Of a stretch of DNA of 64,000 bases, positions 1 to 11,345 are shown piece by piece. Origin of the DNA: Octopus sinensis (taxonomy: Eukaryota); NCBI RefSeq assembly GCF_006345805.1, contig NC_043004.1, positions 68,386,001 through 68,450,000 of the forward strand, given 5' to 3'. Below the pieces are notes generated by a model. It saw only the letters and a program-made list of their open reading frames with translations, made no database searches and was not told where the DNA came from. Numbering within the stretch: the stretch's first letter is position 1; the number at the start of each line of letters is the position of its first letter. Both the position numbers and the translations under genes were made by a program.

Positions 1-420
1 CTGGAAGGGTGAAAGGCAAACCGTCCTCAGCGAATTTGAACTTAGAATGTAAAGACAGACGAAATGTGGAGCATTCTTCCCGGCGTGCTAACGACTCTGC
101 CAGCTCTCCGCTTTTATAATGATTTTAAATGTAGTTACAGGACCCCAACTGGCACTTATTATATCGACCCGAGAAGGGTGATATTCGAAGTCAACCTCGG
201 CGGCATTTGAACTCAGAACTTAAAGACTTTTCCCGGCGTGCTAACGACTCTGCCAGCTCTCCGCTTTTATAATGATTTTAAATGTAGTTACAGGACCCCA
301 ACTGGCACTTATTATATCGACCCGAGAAGGGTGATATTCGAAGTCAACCTCGGCGGCATTTGAACTCAGAACTTAAAGACTTTTCCCGGCGTGCTAACAA
401 TTCAGTCAGCTCACCATCTT
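1..420 (-). mobile_element. tRNA-derived SINE family A, three tandem partial copies with an exact 153-bp duplication
   Basis: The reverse strand reads as a tRNA-like head (GAGCTGGCAGAGTCGTTAGCACGCCGGG, B-box GAGTTCAAAT). The motif TTCCCGGCGTGCTAAC recurs at 77, 230 and 383. Confidence 0.85.
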
Positions 421-455
421 GAGTTTTGTATTTATATATATATATATATATGTAT

Positions 456-613
456 ATGGCTGTGTGGTAAGTAACTTGCTTACCAACCACATGGTTCCGG
501 GTTCAGTCCCACTGCGTGACACCCTGGGCAATTGTCTTCTACTATAGCCTCGGGTTGACCAAAGCCTTGTGAGTGGATTTGGTAGAAGGAAACTGAAAGA
601 AGTCCGTCGTATG

Positions 614-675
<62 letters not shown>

Positions 676-890
676 CGTCTGTGCCTGTGCCCCCCCCCCT
701 ACAATATCGCTTGACAACCGCTGCTGGTGTGTTTATGTCACCGTAACTTAGCGGTTCGGCAAAACAGACCGATAGAATAAGTACTAAGCTTACAAAGAAT
801 AAGTTCTGGAGTCGATTTCCTCGACTAAAGGCGGTGCTCCAGCATGGCCACAATCAAATGATTGAAACAAGTAAAAGAGTGACCGAGTAA
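456..890 (+). mobile_element. tRNA-derived SINE family B (CORE-like, internal (TA)/(TG) microsatellite), full length
   Basis: Head GGCTGTGTGGTAAG...GGGTTCAGTCCC, CORE-like CCTGGGCAA(T/G)TGTC segment, internal (TA)n(TG)n, tail GGCGGTGCTCCAGCATGGCC...GAAACAAGTAAAAGAGT. More than 10 related copies occur in the window. Confidence 0.9.
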
Positions 891-2004
891 AGAGTATTAG
901 GAATTAAATAAACCCTTATTTTGGGTTTTGGTGCGATTTGAACTCAGATCAGGATGAGCTAAGCATTTTATCCAATACAACAAATGCGACATTGAGTAAA
1001 CTCTGTGTGACATCTCTTATTATGATTGTCATGAAAGGCATTTATAATATTGGATATATAAAATGTCGATTTTAACCATTCCGTTTTCCTTCTGCTTCTT
1101 ATAGTCTTTCGAAACATCTGTGAATTTATCCTGATGTTACATAATCAATACGATTACAAGCAAAGTAAGAATAAACGCGATGAGTCTACCACGAAGACAT
1201 TGTTTACAAATAACCGGCTTAGTGGAACTTAGAGGACGTCAATGTTGTAGTTGTTAATGCGATAAATGTCATTTCTATTCGGTCAGCTTACCCGAAGTCT
1301 CAAGCTGGTAAAATATATCTTTATTTATGGAATTTAAACTAAGCACTGAAATATCTTAGTTAAAAGCATTTGAAATCATGTAAGTGAAAATACATTGGTT
1401 AGTGACAAAGTGATGTAGACGTGTAGTTTGAGATTAAGGAAGAAAGTTCAATCCGTTGTATTCTTCTTGTCACAATAATGTAATTACAAACCCTTATTTC
1501 TCGACAGACCTTTATTTCTCGAACTTAACTAAACTCTCAGAAGTCGAAGGTAAAAATGTTTAAATCCATGTCAGTGAAAACACATATAGTGAATAAGTGG
1601 TGTAGTCGCTTAAGTCGAGACTAAGGAATGAAGCTCGAAATGTTCCGGCCTCGTACCTACAGAGGAAAGGATCATTGATCAACCGCACGAGGATGAGCAG
1701 TAAGGTCGCTGAACCTATTATCTGAGAGACATTGAAAATTACCGCATGCAATGCATAAGAAAATATGCAATTTGATTAAGAAATGAAAATGCCTGATACA
1801 TTAGTCTTTTAACCCTTTCAGGCCGGATATGAGTAGCATGTCTTTTCGTGCAGGATGCAAAAAAGAGAAAACAATACAAGATGATTATCAATCAAATAGA
1901 TTATGACGCAAATACGGCTTATATACCACAACCGTTTCCTTCACAATTTAACAGTGCGTCAATAAGCCATGCCCGTCCTTAAAGCGTTAAGTGTAGAAAA
2001 TGTT

Positions 2005-2385
2005 ATATTCATATTTCTTTATTGCCCACAAGCGGCTAAACATAGAGGGGACAAACAAAGACAGACAAACGGATGAAGTCGATTACATCGACCTCTGGTA
2101 TATAATTTATCGATCCCGAAACGATGAAAGTCGACCTCGGCGGAATTTGAACTCAGAAAGTAACGGCAGACGAAATACCTATTTCTTTACTACCCACAAA
2201 GGGCCTAAACACAGAGAGGGCAAACAAGGACAGACAAAAGGATTAAGTCGATTACATCGACTCCAGTGCGTAACTGGTCCTTAATTTATCGACCCCGAAA
2301 GGATGAAAGGCAAAGTCGACCTCGGCGGAATTTGAACTCAGAACGAAACGGCAGACGTGCTAACGATTCTGCCAGCTCACCGCCT
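2005..2385 (-). mobile_element. SINE family A, two tandem copies
   Basis: GTCGACCTCGGCGGAATTTGAACTCAGAA occurs twice. The head end GCTAACGATTCTGCCAGCTCACCGCC lies at about 2359-2384. Confidence 0.9.
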
Positions 2386-3015
2386 TTTTATATTCTGCCT
2401 ACCCGTAAACGGCAGTGAATTGTCAGTGTTGTTAACGTCTACAGTTTGACATCGTTAGGATACTTTTCTGACTCCTTTCGCTTTGTACTCAGAACCCCAA
2501 CCGTACTTTACTTCTTTTTGTAACTGATAAAGCATTAATTCAGTATTTTATTACGATTCGTCTCGCTCAAGCATTCGTACGGTTAAACTTGTTTTCTCTC
2601 TCTTTGGAAGATATCGGCTATGGTCGGGCTCGGAGCGAGGAAGAACTCCGTCAGAATAACAAGTCGAACTCAGGACATACGTCATACCAACACTACTGAA
2701 GCTGCATCAATGATTGAAGGTTCAAGACAGGGAAAGAAAGACACAAGTACTTCAACAATTTTCTTGAATTCTGGGTTTTATCGAAGGAATATTTATTTGT
2801 GCGTTATCCTCAGCATTAATGACGTTCTAAGATGAAAATGTCTCTCTTCCTCTCTCTCGCGCGTTTTCATTCTCTTTATATGCTTGTGAGTTTGTAGTTA
2901 TAGATATAGATAGTTTGTACACACACACGCACATACACACACACATATATGTATATATACATACATAGAAGCATACATAAATACATAAATGCATACATAA
3001 ATACATGCATACATT

Positions 3016-4264
3016 ACTATGGCTGCCCCCTCGTTATCGAGTATGGCCATTGCACGAAGCTTCACTGTTACTGGTGCTGTGATCGAATGTGACTTTTTAG
3101 CCCAGCTAAAGATCTCCAATGTCTTATACAAAATTGGCAACTAAAACCTTTACTGGTAATAGCCGGCTGTAGTTGTAACTGGGCTTCATGTACCTTTGCA
3201 TGTCGTTTAAGTCCTCCTGCCGAATTACACTCTCTTCCACATGCCCGACAGATATGATTAATATGGTGTGTTACGCCACAACCAATGGCCAGGTTGTCAC
3301 TCATCTGTCTCGTTTTATGACCACGAAGATGACTCATGAGTCCAGCTTTACTGAGGTAGGGTCTTGCACGGACATTGCATGTCAGAATCAAAGGAAGACC
3401 CTTCCATTCTGAAATTGTAACAGCGATGCCCTTCCTAATATCCCTCCTTACTTTTTCATGTACAACTCGATATTTCTCAAACGTGGCTGTCCCCTCATGC
3501 ACAATCCTTCTCCACCTGCTACGATCAATAGCTATGTCTTCCCATGTGTCTGGAGAGATGCAAGCATCTCTTAAGGAAGCCTTCAGCAAGTCCTTATACA
3601 TCTTTTTTGGTTTATGTGGAGGTCGTTCTCCTTTAGCTAACTCTCCATAAAAGAGTTATTTTGGCATCCTTGAATCCTTCATTCTGACCAGATGACCACT
3701 CCATCTGGGCCTTTGCTTTAAGACGAGAGCTTCTATACTTTCACAACGAGAGCCTTCGAGTATTTCAAAATCACTGATGCGGTTCTTCCACTTAATGCCA
3801 TAGATCCTTCTGAGGCACATCTGATGTAAACGTTCTAGTTGTTTAAGGTAGTATCGATATGTGACCCACGTCTCGCAGGCATAGAGAAGAGAAGGGAGCA
3901 CACATGCCTTTTACACCTTTATCTTTGTCTTTCTGCATATGTCTCGCTGACTCCAGAGGCGCTTTTCTAGCCTTCCGAAAGTAACACTTGCTTTCCTAAT
4001 TCTATATGGAATTTCATCATCCACATTGCCATATCTATTAATATTGCTTCCCAGGTAGACAAACTGATCGACTACATCAAGTCGTTTACCATTCACATAG
4101 ATATTTGGTACACTATACTGCTTACCAGGGGCAGGTTGATGGATGACAACAGTTTTCTTGAGATTGACTGTCAATCCTAAGGCAGTGCAATCATCAGAGA
4201 ATGAATTCAAAATGTGTTGCATATCAATCTCTGTGTGCGCTACTAGCTCACAATCATCAGCATA
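3016..4264 (-). mobile_element. RTE-clade LINE, 5'-truncated: RT C-terminal half plus C2H2 zinc fingers, frameshifted
   Basis: ORFs 3911-4363, 3656-3901 and 3068-3601 give YADDCELVAH..., FVYLGS, LPSLLYACETW, RWSGHLVRM and DRSRWR (RTE/BovB-type), then CxxC...HxxxH fingers. Both ends lie in (TATG)n. Confidence 0.93.
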
Positions 4265-4364
4265 CATGCATACATGCATACATACATACATGCATACACA
4301 CATACATACATACATACATATGTGCATATATACATACAGAGAAGTGGGGACATTGATGTCCAAG

Positions 4365-5070
4365 ACTTGATACTGTCACTTGTTACAGACTTCGACCTAT
4401 CATTTCCCTGCGACCCTCTACGAATACAGTTTATCCATTAAATGCTTCCTCAGTGCCAATTATGCAACATTAGATGAACATGAAACAAATCTGATCTTTG
4501 AAAAAACCTTTTACTCCTTAGACCTGGTCTTTTTTCTTTAAACATAACTAAACAGAAACATATGGAATCAGTATTTTCGTTCGAGATCTAACAAAATGTC
4601 TATAGGCAATCTGTACTTAACATGCATCACCCATTAATCCAATTCTATATCTTTTGAAATATTAGGTCTTCCATTTTTTTTTCATAAAACTACAGTAAAA
4701 GGAATATTGAAATGTTTCAGGTTTGCTAGTGAGCATGTTTTTCTGAGGTTTGCTTTCTGTACTTCCACTAACCTAGTTAAACATGCTCTTACGCTTCATT
4801 TCTCTAATGCCATAGTCATAAGAAAATAGCGCCAAAGACTATTGTCGTGCTCTCCATAGCAACTGTGAGGAAATGAAGACGTTAACCCTTAATCTTTGTA
4901 TTTGATCCCTATGCTGGCGACTGTATGGATGCCATAAAAGCACTCAAGTATTAGATTGTGGTGGAACACCGCAACACAGATTACTGGGGATCGTGCCTGC
5001 CAACCATTTTTGCCTACTCAACGTTTCCGCACATTATTCTGTACTCATTAGCGGTTTAGAGTTTTTCCCA
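4365..5070 (-). mobile_element. Heavily decayed non-LTR RT remnant, possibly R1-clade
   Basis: Manual translation across frameshifts gives CGVPPQS..VLLWH (compare GVPQGSVLGPLLWN), a YADD-like remnant, VKY..I.LD, and a terminal TVS (compare AYRTVS), in the expected order. Confidence 0.4.
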
Positions 5071-5198
5071 CAAATATTCATTCAAGTCTAATATATATAA
5101 TTATACACATATAGAAACATGTAAACACACACACACATATATCTTCATACATGTATGCATACATATATATATGTACATATATATATACATGTATATAA

Positions 5199-6240
5199 GC
5201 AGAGAGAAGAGAGCTTCATTTGATCCGATGTGTTCATCAAGGTCAGATGACGAGATGGGAAGAACATGTTGTTGAGATGAAGATAAGTTGGGATGAGATG
5301 TGGAAGTCACGACATCTCGGCTGAGTTTCCTGATTCGTTCATCTTATGATGTTTTGCCATCATCTAGTAAGATGGAACGTCTTAGAGAATGACATCTGCA
5401 AATGTGGAAAAGTCGGTACACTAAAACATATTCTTTCAAACTGTTCATTAGCATTGAACAGGTACACATGGAGGCACAACTTGGTCCTTAAGGTTATCTT
5501 CAATGCTATAAAGAACCAAATTCATCTCAACAACACTGAGGAAAAATCGTTAAAAGTACCATCAAGAGAGTTCATTAACTTCGTGCGACCAGGTCAGCAG
5601 ATCCGTTTCAAGAAGAAGACCAAGAAACTTCCTGAGAAAAATGAAAAGTGGAACGGCTATTGGGAGGTAACTGCAGATTTACTTGGGTGCCAGGTTTTCT
5701 TTCCCATCCCAGTTTGATGTGGTGTGAAAGAAAGAAAGTTGTAAATATAGTCGAGCTAACGGTTCCTCACGAAGATAATATGGACGCCGCTCGAGCTCGA
5801 AAATTAAACCGTTATGAAAACCTCCTCGAGGAATGTGAAGACGCAGGCTGGAAAGCGGAACATTTTCCTATCGAAGTCGGATGTAGAGGGTTTGTAGGAC
5901 ACAGCGTGAGACGACTGTTGTTATCGTTAGGCCCAACTCATCGTAAAGTCAATACCACCATGACTGCTATCCAATCTACAGTGGAGAAGGCTAGCCACTG
6001 GATTTGGTTAAAAAGAGACGATGAGCGATGGCTAGAAGTATATTGAGTTCTTCATAACCAGCTGATCTAGCAAGCGGGGCCTCATATCAGTGTGGGGGGC
6101 CGGTGCGCATTGATGCCGTCGAGAGGTAGGCCCCGTAACGGCGCACATTCTCTCCTGATGACCCCATACACTTGCTAGCTTCCGATATACGGAGCTTTTA
6201 ACTGGTAGCACTTGCATGTGCAAGTTGTTGGCAAGACATC
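5199..6240 (+). mobile_element. HERO-type RLE non-LTR retrotransposon, 3' part (CCHC finger, restriction-like endonuclease, 3' UTR)
   Basis: QGQMTRWE..., LSFLIRSSYDVLP, CKCGKVGTLKHILSNC..RYTWRHNLVL, VELTVPHEDN...RKLNRY and PIEVGCRGF. Stop at 6046, then a 3' UTR ending at (TA)n. Confidence 0.85.
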
Positions 6241-6258
6241 TATATATATATATATCTG

Positions 6259-6306
<48 letters not shown>

Positions 6307-6315
6307 ACATACATA

Positions 6316-6653
6316 TTCACTGAAGCTCCGGCGTCTGGCGACGGACTTGGTAAACACCCACAAGGTTATCAACCACCTCACCAACAACAACACTGAACAC
6401 CTTTTTGATCTCCATGTGTCTAACACACGTGGACATGCCTACAAAGTCAGAAAACAGCACAGCTCCCATGACTTTCGGAAACATTTTTTCACGCTCGGGG
6501 TTGCTGAAGCGTGGAATAAACTGCCTGCATCAGTTGTTGACTGCCATGACACTGCATCCTTTAAGGCCCTCATGCTTTCCGAAATCCGTCGAAACTACAC
6601 CTGATTATATATACACTTTAGATGAGTTGTAGTGTACCTGAGCACTGTACACA

Positions 6654-6698
<45 letters not shown>
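6316..6698 (+). mobile_element. CR1-like LINE 3' end with (ATT)n tail
   Basis: LKLRRLATDL...TRGHAYKVRK...RKHFFTLGVAEAWNKLPASVV...FK is a typical CR1 ORF2 C-terminus. A related copy lies at 12630-13066. Confidence 0.9.
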
Positions 6699-6704
<6 letters not shown>

Positions 6705-6707
<3 letters not shown>

Positions 6708-6870
6708 GGGAGAATTCATGAAGAAAACAAAAGACGAAGACAGGTGGTGTAGAAAACAAACAGATATATTAATATAACGCTCGGGAATTGAAAAAATCTT
6801 TAACGTTTCGAGCCTACGTTATTACACAGAAGAGAGAAACAGGGAGAGAAACAGGGAGAGAGAAAAATAT
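6705..6870 (-). mobile_element. Penelope-like terminal-repeat fragment with decayed hammerhead 3' half
   Basis: The reverse strand carries GTAGGCTCGAAACGTTAAAG (stem II 3' side, GAAAC, GUU site). The CUGAnGA core is degenerate. Flanked by (TA)n. Confidence 0.5.
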
Positions 6871-6923
6871 ATATATAGACATGCATACATGCACACATAT
6901 ATACATGCATACATATATATAGA

Positions 6924-7559
6924 CTAGCAGTATCGCCCGGCGTTGCTCGGGTTTGTAAGGGAAATAACTATATAAGCATTTTTAGAGAGTTATAGCCAAA
7001 AAATAGCAAAAAATGCATTAAAAATGGAAAAAATATGATGGTAAATTTTTTTAGAAATCGTTGACTCATCGTAGACATTTTAGAGAGTTACTTCCCTTAT
7101 ATAATAGCGAAAAAATGCATTAAAATGGAAAAAAAACGATGGTAAATTTTTTTTTAAATCGTAGACTCATGTAGACGCTTTCTTAGCCATTTCTGTTTTG
7201 GTGTCTTCAAGCCATGAAGTCGTTGTTCTAAAAGAACGCTGGTCTCCTTGACAACGCATTACGACGTTGATTTCCTTACACTCCCTTCCCCACAGGTGCA
7301 GGTGTGAGCGTGGACGCCAACTCCGCCGCCATCGACACACGAAAAATTATGCATTAAAATGGAATAAAAAATGATGTTAAGTTATTTTTAAAATCGTAGA
7401 CTCATCGTAGACGCACGCTAATACTCAGACGGGCTCGATATGAATCACGACTATAAGCTACCCGAATTTGGTTAAACTGCACCGCAAAATGTGGGAGTAG
7501 TTAGGAATCTAAATCGAAGGGGACAGACACTCACACAACTACAGTTTTATATATATAGA
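6924..7559 (-). mobile_element. Non-autonomous Helitron
   Basis: On the minus strand it starts A|TCTATATATATAAAA and ends with the hairpin CCCGAGCAACGCCGGG then CTAG|T, the canonical Helitron termini in an A|T target. It has three internal ~65-bp imperfect repeats. A sister copy lies at 34127-34523. Confidence 0.85.
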
Positions 7560-7619
7560 TATACATAGCGCAGTAGTGGTGAGATGTGACAGCAAAGAAA
7601 AGCATACATTCACTCTCTG

Positions 7620-8170
7620 CATGCAATTAGACTCGGAAAGTTCGTGAGGAACCCATTGACCCAATTTGCTGACTTTTCCGATAGCACACAGGTCTCAATG
7701 AATGGTTGAATGACCAAATCCAAGCTTCTCTGCTAGTTCCTCAACAGTTACGATGAGATTTTGTTCCACCAGGGTTTTCAGGATGTCCTTGTCGAGTTCT
7801 ACAGATCTTTCAGGATGAGGCTCGTCTTCTAGGCTGTAGTTTATGGCTCGGAATTTCTGGAACCACCATTGACACTGCCTTACGCTTATTGTCCAATCCC
7901 CATATACTGCATTAATATTTCTTGTACTTTCCGTTGCGTTGTTGTCTTTATTGAACTCATAAAGCAAAATATGCCAAATATGCTCCTTTGTTACTTCCAA
8001 TATAGCTTTGAAAAAAATAGCTGTTAAAATCGAAATGCACTCTTCAAAACTTGCACTATGAATAAGGACAAGATAAAATTACTACCTGCTTTTATAGCAA
8101 GTTAATATAAGTAGTTTATCCCATTCCCCTCTGACTTTTAGTTCAAGCTGTTGAAAAAACCGCATTATTA
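7620..8170 (-). mobile_element. Mariner transposon remnant (N-terminal HTH region of the transposase)
   Basis: ORF 7695-8000, MEVTKEHIWHILLYEF...RQCQWWFQKFR...SLEDEP...TVEELAEKLGFGHSTIH, matches the Mos1/Ammar-type N-terminus. Confidence 0.9.
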
Positions 8171-8379
8171 TATATATATACATACATACATACATACATA
8201 TACACACACACACTCTCTCTCTCTCACACACATGTACACATTTATATTCTGTTATTCTTTTATATGTTTCAGCCTTGAGGTTGTGGCCATGCTGGATCAT
8301 GTGTGTGTGTGTGTCTATCTGTCTGTCTGTCTGTATGTATATATGTATATGTATGTGTGTGAACAATAATATTTTCAAC

Positions 8380-8528
8380 AGATGTGTTGCAAATGTATCT
8401 GATTGTTCTCAAGCTTCAATACTGTGTGTATGTGTGTGTGTGTGTATGTATGTATATGTATGTATGTATGTATATGTATGTATGTGTGTATGTATATATG
8501 TGTGTGTGTATGTATGTATGTGTGTGTA

Positions 8529-8559
<31 letters not shown>

Positions 8560-8612
8560 AGGTATGTATGTATGTATGTATGTATGTATGTATGTATGTA
8601 TGTATGTATGAG
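8380..8612. repeat. (TATG)n/(TG)n compound microsatellite
   Basis: Directly visible. Confidence 0.98.
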
Positions 8613-9296
8613 TGTATGTTTACTTTATTACTAACACAAGCCACTACGGTTATTTAATGTAAAGTCTTCGTCAAATCACTATCTCTGGCTATTTACTCTC
8701 TTCCAAGAACATTTTCACTCACACTTATGTGTTAGCTTCCCATACATTTTACTCATGTATCTATCAGCGTGATAGAGAGAAACAAATATTACATCTAGTT
8801 TCACTTTATTCGTTGCCCACTGTGTGTGTGCGTTTGCGTGTGGTGTAAACCAGACTAAGAAAAGTATTTGACACACACACCAGAATGTGAGTTTTTTGTA
8901 AATTTTGCTTAATTGGAGTTTAAATTTTAAAAACTGGACCTGGCATGACGCGATCCATTGTACTCTCAAAAATGCTAGGTAAATTGTAATTGAAGAAATC
9001 CTATATTGTAGATTTGTATAACTCCCAAAGGGAGGCAGATAAAATCTGCCTTTTATAATAAGAGATATATGCAAATATACATGCATGCAGGAATGCATAC
9101 ATGCATAGTGTGGGTCTCTGTATGCGAACATAATGCGTTCCGGAGACCTGTTCGCTAACAACAAGTTCGTTACATGAGTAATTATAATACTTATAAATAG
9201 AAGTAATCCATACCAGAGCTGCGCCCAAACTCCACAGAAGGACATGAAATGATGTTTATTCGTCCATCCATGAATATCAAATGCATAATTATATAT

Positions 9297-9525
9297 GTGA
9301 GCGCGTGTCTGTGTGGTAAGAAGCTTTCTTCACAACTAAATGCTTCCGGCGTCAGTCCAACAGCGTAGCACATTGGGCAAGTGTGTTCTCCTATAACCTC
9401 TGGACAACCAAAGCTTCGTGAGTGGATTTGGTAGATGAAAACCGAAAGAAGCCCGTCGTATATGTATATACATATACGTGTGTGTGTGTGTATGTGTGTG
9501 TCCCCCACTACTTGACAACCGTGAA
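9297..9525 (+). mobile_element. SINE family B, diverged and 3'-truncated
   Basis: CTGTGTGGTAAGAAGC...GTGAGTGGATTTGGTAGATGAAAACCGAAAGAAGCCCGTCG aligns with 456-890. Confidence 0.85.
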
Positions 9526-11144
9526 AGCCATGTAAGTGTGTTTGCAGTCTACTCGTGACTTTTTCCTCTCCTACACACACACACACACACATATATATAT
9601 ACATATATATCCATATCCTATGGTTTTCTGCTTGCTTTAGTTGTGTGCCGCTCTATACTTTGCTAATAGGATCAGAGGAACATGGTGTTTGTTTACATTT
9701 AAGCTCATGGAAAACAATTATAAATACTTTGTGATATTTTGCTGTGTAATGTTTGCCTATAACTTCTGACGTACCTTTGCCGGAATTTGCTTTATATAGA
9801 CAAATACTGAACATTTAATAATTAATCTATAGACACTGAAAAAGCCATAGCATTACTGTCGCGAAAAATTTGAATAAAAAACAGGAGGGATTGGCAAATA
9901 ACCAGTAGCGTGTTTATTCATAGGTTTTAATAATATGACTCTTACAAAATATAAACATATTATTTACAATATACGGTTCCGGATCAAACACCTTGTAAAA
10001 ACAACAAAACAAATGATCAAAGAAAAGATATCCTAGACTTTATGCTAATGGAGCGAAAATATTCTTCATTTGAAATATTGAGGTAGGGCTTTGGAATTCT
10101 ATCATCTGACCAAGCATGAAATTTAATAAAATATTTTGTAAGATTCTAACCCTATTACTGTTATCTGAAGTTTAATAAAATACTGTTTATTACTAAACTA
10201 CTTATCTCCATTTTAAATATGAAGTTTAATAAAATAGTTTGTTATCACAATTCAGAGAACAACAGAAAACAATATGCTTTCGAAGAATAGAACTTAAAAG
10301 ATGGAAGCAATTCAAAAATTGTACTCACCAAGATAATATTTGTCAATGAGTCAGTTCTGCATTTTTTGTGCTCAACAGTTAACATCCTTGCTCACACGGA
10401 GCTGTTGACTTTACAACGGTGTGGCGTCTGAGTAATTAATGCCTAAAGGGTTTGGCTGCTGATGCCTAATACGCCATTTTTTCATGAATACTCTAGTTAT
10501 TATATTGTCATAACTACACTGACACGTAGATGAATTAAATGTTTTGTGTTATGAGGTTTCTAAGACTGAAACATGTCTGAAGTTGACTTCGGTGAGTCAA
10601 ATTTCTGAAAATAATTGAGCGACTGCTTACTTTTTGTCGCTGTATTTATTTCCTATTTATATGTTTTGTCTTAGACTTTTCCTTAAAATATCTCTCTTAA
10701 AAATCAATAATTTTGCTTCTACTAATTCTAGAAATAATGAAGAATTTCGTTAATTAAATTCATCAACTATTTGGAACATCAAATAATATGAAGTTTTGAT
10801 GGAAGGTTTACGTTTATTTCGCGTTAGAATCGTGAGTTACCATTATGGGTTGGTTTCAAAGAGATTTTATTATGTTTTTCCCGCGACTAAAGAAAGTAGT
10901 CAATATCTTCTATGATACTATTAAATTCCAAAATATGTTGTGTTGCGCTAAGAACATATTGAAAATATTTTAGTTTGGAACATTTCAGATGATAATGATA
11001 ATGAGGTCATGCTGTGAAACAATATTGAGGTGCCAATGTGATGACATGATTATGTCTGGACGAGGTTTCAGCGCAGGTATTTCATATATTGATTGATTCA
11101 TTCTTACATAGATATAAGTGGAAGAAAATTTAATTGTATATTGA

Positions 11145-11345
11145 TAGATAGATGATAGATAGATAGATAGATAGATAGGTAGACAAGTACGTAGGTAGGT
11201 CGATAGGTAGGTAGGTAGGTAGGTAGATATGTAGATAGGTAGGTAGGTAGATATGTAGATAGGTAGGTAGGTAGGTAGGTAGGTAGATATGTAGATAGGT
11301 AGGTAGGTGTGTAGGTAGGTAGGTAGGTAGGCAGGTAGATATAGA
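11145..11345. repeat. (GATA)n/(GGTA)n compound microsatellite
   Basis: Directly visible. Confidence 0.98.

Noticed and set aside
9112-9156. Interleaved complementarity GGTCTC/GAGACC and GCGAACA/TGTTCGC (pseudoknot, HDV-like?)
   Set aside because: There is no room for P1.1, P4 or J4/2 with the catalytic C. Two 6-7 bp matches can occur by chance.
10330-10435. Minus-strand segment with a perfect G|GTGAGT donor
   Set aside because: Stops occur in all frames from the best acceptor. It could be a non-coding exon but nothing else supports that.
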